Origin: Candidatus Sysuiplasma jiujiangense
Lineage (GTDB): Archaea > Thermoplasmatota > Thermoplasmata > Sysuiplasmatales > Sysuiplasmataceae
Reading direction: 5' to 3'
DNA: 64,000 nt
Assembly: GCA_019721075.1 (NCBI GenBank)
Contig: JAHEAD010000001.1
Span: forward strand, 248,001 to 312,000
In this document: positions 51,520 to 59,964 of the stretch, piece by piece
How positions within the stretch are numbered: position 1 is the first letter of the stretch
Layout of the letters: each line of letters opens with the position of its first letter
Position numbers and translations under genes: made by a program
The notes under the pieces: model-generated
What the model saw: only the letters and a program-made list of their open reading frames with translations
The model's database searches: none
Told to the model about the DNA's origin: nothing

Positions 51520-51539
51520 GGTAATTTCTCAGTTTCGAT

Positions 51540-52037
51540 TCATTTTTTCATTTTTTTTTGGGAAAAGGACTTCATATCTCCCGAGCCGTCGAAATGTAAC
51601 AATATGTATTTACTACGGATACCCAAAACAGGCTTATGTTGCACGACTACATCGTAACTATTTTGTCGAATCTCCTCAATTGTGTGGTATTTTCCAATAT
51701 AACCTCTCACGATAATCTCCGAATTCCTTCCAAGGTAGGGAAGCTCCCCGCATTCACTGCCATGGGGTCCTTTGATGTGCCACTTCAGCAACCGAGCAAC
51801 TCCAGGTCCGCCATTTGAAATGACTAGGTTGAGATAGTCGTTCGCGATTACCCCTCCCTCACCAAATCTATTGGGACCCAATTTATTATCAGGATAATCG
51901 AATAATGTTCCTTCTGGTAAATTCTGCGTCACCAGTCTTGCCCATACTGTTGCGGCATTCGCGAAAAGAAAGTTCATAACAGTCAATAGAATCGCTATTG
52001 CCGAAATAATGATGCCCAGATAAGAAACAAATTCCAT
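51540..52037 (-). CDS. Hypothetical protein with N-terminal TM helix
   Basis: 165-aa ORF with a hydrophobic N-terminus. Confidence 0.6.
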   Translation of the reverse strand: MEFVSYLGIIISAIAILLTVMNFLFANAATVWARLVTQNLPEGTLFDYPDNKLGPNRFGEGGVIANDYLNLVISNGGPGVARLLKWHIKGPHGSECGELPYLGRNSEIIVRGYIGKYHTIEEIRQNSYDVVVQHKPVLGIRSKYILLHFDGSGDMKSFSQKKMKK

Positions 52038-52101
52038 AGGCCGTCATCCACATTATGTGTTGGCCCTTGTTAAGTCTAACGGAATATCGAGGTTCCATCT
52101 G

Positions 52102-52266
52102 TCGGCCACCCCTCCCCCCCAAACGCATATTAATGATGTGCGTCTCCCCAGACTTCTGCAAGATGAGAGGCGGATGAATGACAAAAGAGAACGGATTTGT
52201 GAAGGAATACTACATGGGCAGGAAAGACCAGTTCGACGTGGATTACGCGCTCTTCAGGGAAGCCGC
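52102..52266 (+). repeat. Left copy of a 165-bp direct repeat (promoter plus 5' half of a small gene)
   Basis: Matches 57933-58097 at 147/165 by hand count; the last 47 bp are identical. Confidence 0.92.
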
Positions 52267-52426
52267 TATAAGAATCGTCAGTCCCAGATGGGGAGGGAAC
52301 TCACAAGAGGAAAATTATAACCTTCCAGCAGTTCAAAAACTTCTCCGACGAGGAAAAAACAGCAAACACGGAGTGTCTTTCGTAATAATTGGGACCATCC
52401 TTCTCGTACTCGCCCTCTCGATATGA
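52178..52426 (+). pseudogene. Chimeric/truncated copy of the 58009 gene
   Basis: First 30 aa nearly identical to the 58009..58218 product, then unrelated sequence. Confidence 0.75.
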
Positions 52427-52573
52427 ACTTCAAGAAAGTGGGAAAGAGTCTGGGTCTGATATTGAGAGCAAAATGTATTTCAGGAACGAAGCTTGCATTA
52501 TTGATATCGGCAGATATAGCCGATCCGAAAAGACTTTAAAGCCACTAAAGCCACTTGAAAATTGGAAAAGTTG

Positions 52574-53140
52574 ATGATGCACATGGAGTTCAGGCTAAAA
52601 GACAATTGGTTCGACTATCTAATGTCTGGATTCTTTTCAGGAGTCTTCTTTGCACTTATTGTGGTTGGGTACGCGTTTAAAGATGTGGCGATGCCATTTT
52701 CATACTTGATTGCAACTTTCGGTGCGTTCGTACTATTCATTGTAACATTCATTGGCGCTTCATTTCGAAGTAAGAACAAATTTTCTTCCAGTGAATATAG
52801 ACAAGGGTACGCAGATGCAGAGAGTGGTATTAAGTTTTCCATTCCCTGTGTTGTATGTGGTAGCCCTGTTCTTGTTGGCAATAAGTCTCCAGTATATGAG
52901 CAAGTGAAGAAGCATTTATCTGATCTTGGAATTCAACATAAGACCTGTCTTGGTTCTGCCGCTACCCCTAAACTGTCAGCACAACAGGCAATAGACATGG
53001 CACTGGCATATGTAAAGACACAATCTAAAGGCAACGGAAATGTGGCAGACCCTATCTGCTCGAAATGCAGCGCACGAGTACCGTCAAGTTCAAAGTTCTG
53101 CAATTCATGCGGCTCCCCTATTGCGCCATCGCCAAAATAA
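52574..53140 (+). CDS. 2-TM protein with zinc-ribbon domains
   Basis: Two TM helices, CVVCG, and C-terminal CSKC...FCNSCG double zinc ribbon. Confidence 0.75.
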   Translation: MMHMEFRLKDNWFDYLMSGFFSGVFFALIVVGYAFKDVAMPFSYLIATFGAFVLFIVTFIGASFRSKNKFSSSEYRQGYADAESGIKFSIPCVVCGSPVLVGNKSPVYEQVKKHLSDLGIQHKTCLGSAATPKLSAQQAIDMALAYVKTQSKGNGNVADPICSKCSARVPSSSKFCNSCGSPIAPSPK

Positions 53141-53361
53141 GAAAGTGACTGCCTAATCTTATAATGATGTGTCGACATGTGCACCGAGTGTAATTATCGA
53201 GAGGCAATTCTTCGCACAGCCGCCTCGCCATATTCGTGCCCGGACAACAAGGCTGCATCCGATTATTGAGCTAACAGTTAATCTTTCATACACAGATAAG
53301 TGTTAGGAGGCGGTCTCAGGCCAAATATCAGTCTTAGCAACTCTTATACTACAATTTAATT

Positions 53362-53625
53362 ATGCACAGCAACAATTTCGACGCAATGAAGTCACAATAC
53401 AACCTTACCACCGATCAATTGGAAAGGGTGAAGGTTATCCTACTCACAACACGTTATTATAACGTGGCCAAGAGGGTCAAGAATGAGATAGGAGTACCCA
53501 AAAGAAACTATCGTTCAATAATGAAAGCTCATTTCCCAGAGTTCCTTGCTGGTGTTGAAATCGCCGATACTCTGATCTACACTTTTGCAGCATTATTTGC
53601 TCTTGCTCTGCTACATGTTCTGTGA
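53362..53625 (+). CDS. Small hypothetical protein with C-terminal TM helix
   Basis: 87 aa; flanked by 19-bp direct repeats. Confidence 0.6.
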   Translation: MHSNNFDAMKSQYNLTTDQLERVKVILLTTRYYNVAKRVKNEIGVPKRNYRSIMKAHFPEFLAGVEIADTLIYTFAALFALALLHVL

Positions 53626-53630
53626 AACCG

Positions 53631-53744
53631 AGTTAATCTTTGATACACAAAAGTTAACTTTTCCCTAGTTCCAGACCCGTTTTCAGACATGGGCCGTTGC
53701 GGGGACCCTATGAAAAAGTTAATCATTCCGAAAAACGATTAACT
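53631..53744. promoter_or_regulatory. Two dif-like tyrosine-recombinase sites
   Basis: AGTTAATCTTT-GATACAC-AAAAGTTAACT (53631-53659) and AGTTAATCATT-CCGAAA-AACGATTAACT (53717-53744, 11-6-11). Confidence 0.6.
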
Positions 53745-53768
53745 CGCAATGCAAACCTGGAGCTGCCC

Positions 53769-53948
53769 ATGTCTCATTCAAAGTTCTGCAAGTGCGGAAA
53801 GCCGACGGACAGCGTCGGAGCCTGCCCCACGTGCGGACAGTTCCCGGCCTTCTGCAGGTGCGAACATGTCCGGTTCCCCGGAGGTCTGACGCACAGTGCA
53901 GGGGATGGTGCCTTATGCACAGGGTGCACTCCGACTGAAGGAGTATGA
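53769..53948 (+). CDS. Cys-rich zinc-finger microprotein
   Basis: CKCG...CPTCG...CRC; overlaps the integrase start. Confidence 0.5.
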   Translation: MSHSKFCKCGKPTDSVGACPTCGQFPAFCRCEHVRFPGGLTHSAGDGALCTGCTPTEGV

Positions 53949-54510
53949 CAAGCTCCCGCCGCACATCACCAGGGAACAATATCTGAATCTGCTCAATGCC
54001 GTGGAAAGGAAGTATTCGTCCGCAGGACAGTGGGCGAAGAAGGCAAAGTATTACAGGGACAGGGACAAACTCCTCCTGCGGCTGATGTGGGAAACGGGAG
54101 GCAGGATAGGCGATATTCTGAACATCGTGCCTGGGAATTTCGACTTCGACAGGAAGGTTCTCAACCTCGGTGTGAAGAAGAGAAAGAACACCAACACCAT
54201 ACCGCTTGATGATGGTCTCCTGCTCGAGGTCAGCAACTATCTCAGAAACTACGCTGTCGGCGGCAAATTGTGTGATTTCTATAAAGTGCAGGCCTGGAAG
54301 ATTGTGAGAGCGTACGGGAGGGAGACTGGAATTGATGTGCATCCTCACATGTTCAGGCATGGGCTTGCCATACATTTGCTTGAGAACAATGTGCCTATAC
54401 CGATAATCTCGGCGAGGTTGGGCCATTCAAATGTGCTGACGACCATGAGGTATTATCTCGTGATAACGCCGGAAGTCCAGAGACAGTTCATGCAGGGAGT
54501 CAGACTGTGA
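53905..54510 (+). CDS. Short tyrosine recombinase (Xer/integrase catalytic domain)
   Basis: ETGGRIGD, HPHMFRH, LGHS and TTMRYY catalytic residues; about 200 aa. Confidence 0.93.
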   Translation: MVPYAQGALRLKEYDKLPPHITREQYLNLLNAVERKYSSAGQWAKKAKYYRDRDKLLLRLMWETGGRIGDILNIVPGNFDFDRKVLNLGVKKRKNTNTIPLDDGLLLEVSNYLRNYAVGGKLCDFYKVQAWKIVRAYGRETGIDVHPHMFRHGLAIHLLENNVPIPIISARLGHSNVLTTMRYYLVITPEVQRQFMQGVRL

Positions 54511-54511
54511 T

Positions 54512-55435
54512 ATGGAGCCTAAGGACAAGTTTGGAAGACATTTGTATGGAAAAGTTTGGCTTCAATTATGTGAGAATGGCGTGAAATTGAAACAAGCAGG
54601 GTACTGGGAAAGTAAAAAGAAACCAAACCTGTTCATGAAAATAGAGGGTGACTTCTCATTGTACGCCGACATGCGAGGAACTGAAGAAGTACCTATCTGG
54701 GAGGATACAAGTCCGTTGTTTTATGCATATCCAAAAGATCGGAAAGAGGCCGACCAATATCAAACCGAAACGATAAGAACAATAATTGCCTCTGAAATCT
54801 ATAAGTTGTATTCTGCAGGTCTCGATGTGAGACTTAGTTTTTACGATCAATGTGAGCCGGGCGGCCAGAGCTTTGACGTTTACTACCAATGTGTAAACTG
54901 CGATATGCCTTTTGGGTACGTTTCACAAGAACCGTATTGCGATAGGTGTGAGGAACAGCATGATGCGGAGGAATCAGCGAGAGACAAACGGAACGCAGTT
55001 ATAACATTGAACCATGCTGAAAAGTGTGTGGTATGTGGAGTGCGAATCCTAAGCAAAAACAAACTCGTTAGCATGAAACAAAATCTGGAAGAAGTTACCG
55101 ATATTGAAGAGGGGCAAGTTCACCATACACATTACATCCCAGAAAAAACAATCAGTACTTGTCGTCAATGTCACTCTAAAATACATCGCTCGAAAGATCC
55201 CTACTACCAGCAATTCAAAGCTGAAATAACCAGAAAGGAATTTCAAAAGATTGTGTCGGAACGTGCAAAGGAAAGAAAACAATGGCGATTGAAATGTCAT
55301 ACATTCATGAGACATGCAAAGGAAGAGAGAGAAAAGGAAGAGAGAGAACAAAAACGACTGAAAGATCCTTACCATGCATTTGTAGTTGAGCGGAGAAACC
55401 AAAAAGTAAAAGCACGGGAACCGAAGATAAAATGA
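54512..55435 (+). CDS. Hypothetical protein with zinc finger and HNH-like motif
   Basis: CVVCG...VHHTHY...TCRQCHSKIH. Confidence 0.65.
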   Translation: MEPKDKFGRHLYGKVWLQLCENGVKLKQAGYWESKKKPNLFMKIEGDFSLYADMRGTEEVPIWEDTSPLFYAYPKDRKEADQYQTETIRTIIASEIYKLYSAGLDVRLSFYDQCEPGGQSFDVYYQCVNCDMPFGYVSQEPYCDRCEEQHDAEESARDKRNAVITLNHAEKCVVCGVRILSKNKLVSMKQNLEEVTDIEEGQVHHTHYIPEKTISTCRQCHSKIHRSKDPYYQQFKAEITRKEFQKIVSERAKERKQWRLKCHTFMRHAKEEREKEEREQKRLKDPYHAFVVERRNQKVKAREPKIK

Positions 55436-55579
55436 AGAAGATATACGACCGACGAGCGCGACGTCGACCCGTATTTTGCGAGGCGATTGAGCCTTTGCCA
55501 AGCGCATTCCATCAAATGAAAGGAAACGAGATATTTTATTACCCAATCCACGTTCACCATTCGCGGGGATGCTATAGTT

Positions 55580-56962
55580 TTGAAGAGAAAAAAATCTGAT
55601 TTGCCCTTCGGCTCGCAATTCAGTCCTTCTCAAATATCTATTGAGGAGGTGCTGGAACTCGTAAACGAGAATCGGGGAGCTACACGACAGTTTACTAATA
55701 ATATACGGGATCGTTTTTTTGATAAACATGCGAACGGAGATCCGAAGCAACAAATGGAACTTGCGAAAAACGTGAGGCTTTCATTGCGGTCATATGGAAT
55801 TATCGGGGAAGACGAGCAGATGACTGAGTTCGGCAAAAGACTTTACGAACTTAAGGACAGAGGTGATGAATTCTATAAGTTATTGTCCCAACATATTTTG
55901 CTTGAACTGAAGGGTCTGGATTTACTTCGAGCTGTAAGTAATTTGAAAGCCCTCCGCTTGCAAACGGACCTCGTATCTATCGCTCGAGAACTGAAAGAAT
56001 ATGGAATATACGTGCCAGAATCAGGGACCCATATTTCAACGATGAAACAATGGTTGCAAAAGGCTGGAATTGTTGACGAACAGTGGAACATTAATCAAAC
56101 GCTTTTGAGAAAACTCATTGGTTATAACCTGCAGGAGATTGATGTATTTTCAGATTTCGGTCCTGAAATGAGAGGATTCCTCAGGGCATTAGCGTCTCTC
56201 GCTCCTATTGACTGGATATCTTCATGGGATGTTGCAAGGCATGCGCAGTCGATGAGTCATGTAAAATTTGACGCAAAAAACCTGAGAGAGCAAATCGTCT
56301 TTCCACTTCGGGATGAAGGCTTAATCGAAATCAGAAAATCCACCAGCGGTAGGGGCGCCAAGCCATATGAGATAAAAGTGACTGATGAATTCAAATCTCA
56401 GTATATTTTGCCAATATTGGAAGTGTTATCCGAGTCGGGCGATGTTCCTATCCACACATTATCCAAGCCTCTGTTTGATGTTCTGAATGACGTAGAAAGT
56501 GATGACACTTACATCAAGGGAAAAGGACTTGAAATGCTGGCTATGCACTTGTGTCGTCTGCTTGGTCTGCACATCACCTCCTGGCGGCGACGTGGAACAG
56601 AGACTGGTGGAGCTGAAGTGGATTTAATAGCAGAGGGGACAAATTATGTTTTTTCAAGATGGGAACTTCAATGCAAGAACACATCACAAGTTACGCTAGA
56701 CAATATTGCCAGAGAGGTTGGCGTCTCTCTGCATTCAAGAGCCAATGCCATCCTGATTGTTACCACAGGAAAGTTTTCAAGAGATGCTGTCAGTTTTGCA
56801 GAGCAGACAACGATAAAATCGCCACTCAGTATTATCTTGATGGATGCGGCCGACCTCAGGCAAGTTATAAGTGATCCATCCTCAATAGGTGCGATATTGA
56901 GAAAGCAGGCCAATAAAGCGATGCAACTAAATAAACAAATAAGACCTGAGAGAGAGGGCTGA
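55580..56962 (+). CDS. Restriction endonuclease with C-terminal Mrr-like PD-(D/E)xK domain
   Basis: GKGLE...EVDLI...WELQCK...IVTTGKFS; 3 bp upstream of the MTase. Confidence 0.8.
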   Translation: MKRKKSDLPFGSQFSPSQISIEEVLELVNENRGATRQFTNNIRDRFFDKHANGDPKQQMELAKNVRLSLRSYGIIGEDEQMTEFGKRLYELKDRGDEFYKLLSQHILLELKGLDLLRAVSNLKALRLQTDLVSIARELKEYGIYVPESGTHISTMKQWLQKAGIVDEQWNINQTLLRKLIGYNLQEIDVFSDFGPEMRGFLRALASLAPIDWISSWDVARHAQSMSHVKFDAKNLREQIVFPLRDEGLIEIRKSTSGRGAKPYEIKVTDEFKSQYILPILEVLSESGDVPIHTLSKPLFDVLNDVESDDTYIKGKGLEMLAMHLCRLLGLHITSWRRRGTETGGAEVDLIAEGTNYVFSRWELQCKNTSQVTLDNIAREVGVSLHSRANAILIVTTGKFSRDAVSFAEQTTIKSPLSIILMDAADLRQVISDPSSIGAILRKQANKAMQLNKQIRPEREG

Positions 56963-56965
56963 GAA

Positions 56966-57922
56966 ATGGTAAGAACTGGACCACAGTGGTTGGATGCATT
57001 GAAATTACCGCCATTCTATTACAGAACCGGACTCGGTGCTGCTTTCTTGGGTGATTCGATCAAGCTTTGCAGAAAATTGCCAGATAATTCGATAGACTTG
57101 ATAATGACATCACCGCCCTTTGCGCTGAGGCGTAAAAAGGAATATGGCAATGTCGAAGCGAGCGAATATGTTGAATGGTTTCAGCCATTCGCTGAAGAAT
57201 TTTACAGGGCCCTGAAACCCAAAGGAAGTTTGGTCATTGATATTGGGGGGTCTTGGAACGAAGGATTTCCCACTCGCTCTGTATATCAATACGAGCTGCT
57301 TCTGTCGCTCGTTCGTATGGGTTTCTATCTTTGCCAAGATTTCTTTTGGTATAATCCAGCTAAGCTTCCTTCTCCTGCAGAATGGGTAAATGTTCGTAGG
57401 ATCAGAGTGAAAGACGCCGTTGATCCTGTTTGGTGGCTATCCAAAGACCCTTTCCCAAAAGCGAACAATAGAAAAGTGCTCAAGGAGTATAGCAATTCGA
57501 TGCAACAGCTGTTACTGAATGGGTACAAGCCAAAACTCCGCCCTTCCGGACATGACATAACTTCTAAGTTTTCACACGATCATGGTGGGGCCATACCTCC
57601 TAACATCCTGATAGCCGCAAACACGGAATCCAACAGCCTTTATCTGAGATCATGCAAAGCAGCCAACATGAATCCACATCCGGCGCGTTATCCGTTGAAA
57701 CTACCCAAATTCTTCATTGAATTCCTAACAGATGAAGGCGATATAGTGCTGGATCCGTTCGCTGGAAGCAACGTTACAGGAGAAGCATCAGAAATATTGA
57801 AACGAAAATGGTTGGCGTTTGAAATTATCGAGAACTACGTTGTTGGTTCCAAATTTAGATTTGATAAGGTAATAAGCAAGGGGAAACCGTCATCAGTGTT
57901 GGAACACTACGTTGAGGCATGA
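56966..57922 (+). CDS. Beta-class amino (likely N4-cytosine) DNA methyltransferase
   Basis: TSPPF motif IV precedes HPARYP and VLDPFAGS motif I; PvuII-like layout. Confidence 0.92.
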   Translation: MVRTGPQWLDALKLPPFYYRTGLGAAFLGDSIKLCRKLPDNSIDLIMTSPPFALRRKKEYGNVEASEYVEWFQPFAEEFYRALKPKGSLVIDIGGSWNEGFPTRSVYQYELLLSLVRMGFYLCQDFFWYNPAKLPSPAEWVNVRRIRVKDAVDPVWWLSKDPFPKANNRKVLKEYSNSMQQLLLNGYKPKLRPSGHDITSKFSHDHGGAIPPNILIAANTESNSLYLRSCKAANMNPHPARYPLKLPKFFIEFLTDEGDIVLDPFAGSNVTGEASEILKRKWLAFEIIENYVVGSKFRFDKVISKGKPSSVLEHYVEA

Positions 57923-57932
57923 TGAATACCTT

Positions 57933-58097
57933 TCGCCCACCCCTCTCCCCAAAACGCATATTAAGGATGTGCATCTCCCCACACCTCCGCAAGATAAGAG
58001 GTAGATGAATGACAAAAGAGAACGGATTCGTGAAAGAGTATTACACAGGTAGGAAAGACCAGTTCGACGTGGATTACGCGCTCTTCAGGGAAGCCGC
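57933..58097 (+). repeat. Right copy of the 165-bp direct repeat
   Basis: Matches 52102-52266 at an offset of 5831 bp. Confidence 0.92.
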
Positions 58098-58218
58098 AAA
58101 GGCAGCCAAGACGAAAGAGGAGCTTGTTGGCATGCTGAACGAAAAGTATCAATTCGTGATATCAAGAATCGCCGAGAAGAGGGCCAACACACTCAAGGAA
58201 GACCTCGGACTGATTTAG
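58009..58218 (+). CDS. Small hypothetical protein (intact copy)
   Basis: 69 aa with GAGGT RBS; differences from the duplicated 5' half are mostly synonymous. Confidence 0.75.
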   Translation: MTKENGFVKEYYTGRKDQFDVDYALFREAAKAAKTKEELVGMLNEKYQFVISRIAEKRANTLKEDLGLI

Positions 58219-58222
58219 ATTT

Positions 58223-58687
58223 CTATTTGGCTGCTCCTGCAGCCTCAAACCCTTTTCCCTCTTCTTCTGCTGTCCCATGGCGCCTGATTGCATTCCCTGC
58301 CTCTTGTAGGGCCGAGTTGAATTCGTCGCGGCCGACAGCCACGCACCTTGTGCCGTACTCCCTGCAGTATCCCTTGCAGGTGTTGATACCGGTCCTCTTG
58401 TCTTCCTCAACAATCAGCTTGTAGGCCCTCCCAAAAGCTTCCAGGACGTCGGAAGCCTCGCGGGCTGTTATGTTCCACAGATTGTCCTGATAGAACTCAC
58501 CGAACTGCCTGAGCCTGTTGAATATGCTCAGCGGTGCGATGCTTGTATTCTTGAGGAATGAATTCAGCATCTCATCTCCGGTGCTCTTTCCGAGCAGCTG
58601 CAGCATGTCCTTTGGCATCTCTGCCAGAACCGCCGGCCTGGACCATGCCTTCCTTCGCTTCCATGGTAAGAGGTTTTCGATGTTCAT
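58223..58687 (-). CDS. Hypothetical protein
   Basis: 154-aa ORF convergent with the 58009 gene. Confidence 0.55.
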   Translation of the reverse strand: MNIENLLPWKRRKAWSRPAVLAEMPKDMLQLLGKSTGDEMLNSFLKNTSIAPLSIFNRLRQFGEFYQDNLWNITAREASDVLEAFGRAYKLIVEEDKRTGINTCKGYCREYGTRCVAVGRDEFNSALQEAGNAIRRHGTAEEEGKGFEAAGAAK

Positions 58688-58759
58688 GCACTGGCCAGTA
58701 GCCACGCTGGCTATTATCCACGTGCGGCCAATTGCAGAATTGATAATATGGAGGGCGCC

Positions 58760-59050
58760 TCAGTCTGTCCTACCGGAGTCAACAATTTGTATGATTTCCC
58801 GGAGCTTCCTGGCTACTTTCCTGCCTTTCAGGGTGCAGAATATGAGGTTTCTCGCCGGATAACTGTCATTGTCAATTCTGCTGCCGACGAGCCCCATTGC
58901 CTTGGCTTTCTCTATTGACGAGTAGAGTTGATGGACGGGAATCCCAGTCTCCTCGAGCACTTCGGTCAAGGGCTTCTCGCCATCCTGTGCCAGGTAGACG
59001 ATGAGCCTGAGCAAGCCTGACTGCTTCTCCAGTGTCCGCAGCACGTCCAT
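58760..59050 (-). CDS. Winged-helix transcriptional regulator
   Basis: LTEVLEETGIPVHQLYSSIEKAKAMGLV...TLKGRKVA. Confidence 0.8.
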   Translation of the reverse strand: MDVLRTLEKQSGLLRLIVYLAQDGEKPLTEVLEETGIPVHQLYSSIEKAKAMGLVGSRIDNDSYPARNLIFCTLKGRKVARKLREIIQIVDSGRTD

Positions 59051-59136
59051 GGCAGTGTATCTGGATACTGCAATTAAGAGTTTCCGGTTGCGCAAGCAGA
59101 AAGAATATATCTGATGATTGCTGTTTCGACAATCAT

Positions 59137-59904
59137 ATGAGAACAAGGAGCCTGTTTCCCTATGCCGGCGGCAAGTTCTATCTCATGAATGAGATAAGGG
59201 GAGTGTTCGAGAAATCTGGCAGGCATGTGGCCATCGATGTGTTTGGAGGCTCGGGAAAATTCCTGCTGAATGTGGAAGCCAGAAATAAGGTTTACAATGA
59301 CATTGACTCAAGGCTTGTCAATCTCTTCAGCGTAATCAAGGAGAGGCCCTTGGAGTTCAGGCAGAAATTTGAATCCTTCGTCTACTCGAGAGAGCTATTT
59401 GAGAAATATGTCGATGGGTCTGAAACCGGGGAACCTGTGGAGGATGCGTTCAGAACCTTCTACGTGTTCTACTGTTCATTTGCCGGCAAGGGAGGGACAT
59501 TCGGATACCAGGTGAGGGACAGAAAATCGCTCGGTCGCAAGGTTGTGGACGTATCAGCAAGACTGCAGGATTTCCACAATGAAATACAGGGCTGGACAAT
59601 CGAGCACCTGGACTTCAGGGACTTGATGAAGCGTTACGACAGTGAAGATGCATTTTTCTATCTGGACCCTCCGTATTTCGGAAGGAAGTTTTACCGGTAC
59701 AATTTCACGGAAAAGGATTTCGAAGACTTGGCAGCTATGCTCCATGCGCTGAAGGGGAAGTATCTACTGAACATCAACAAGAACGAGTTTATACTCGACA
59801 GGTTCGGCGCGCCCTGCAGTGAAATGGAGTTCAAGAGCTTCTGTGATAACGCCAGAGTCAGTGGAAAGAGGGGGAGCAGGACGGAACTGTTCTATTGGAA
59901 TTGA
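59137..59904 (+). CDS. Dam-like (D12 class) DNA adenine methyltransferase, orphan
   Basis: PYAGGK, DVFGGSG, YND and YLDPPY motifs. Confidence 0.93.
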   Translation: MRTRSLFPYAGGKFYLMNEIRGVFEKSGRHVAIDVFGGSGKFLLNVEARNKVYNDIDSRLVNLFSVIKERPLEFRQKFESFVYSRELFEKYVDGSETGEPVEDAFRTFYVFYCSFAGKGGTFGYQVRDRKSLGRKVVDVSARLQDFHNEIQGWTIEHLDFRDLMKRYDSEDAFFYLDPPYFGRKFYRYNFTEKDFEDLAAMLHALKGKYLLNINKNEFILDRFGAPCSEMEFKSFCDNARVSGKRGSRTELFYWN

Positions 59905-59964
59905 TGATATTGAACCTCAGGCTCTTAATGACTCATTCTCCACAAATGAATTCAGTTACGCAAC

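Larger units (their letters stand above)
37800..51520 (+). mobile_element. Integrated pleolipovirus-like provirus (boundaries approximate; may extend past the window)
   Basis: Tightly coupled + strand genes in the order helicase, origin, Rep-like, DUF5131, spike, membrane proteins, NTPase, resolvase. GC is higher than in the flanks. No capsid, terminase or portal gene recognised. Confidence 0.75.
52102..58097. mobile_element. Nested 5.8-kb integrase/restriction-modification island
   Basis: Bounded by direct repeats; contains a tyrosine recombinase, an HNH-like gene, an REase and an MTase; cargo is more AT-rich than the provirus. Confidence 0.7.
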
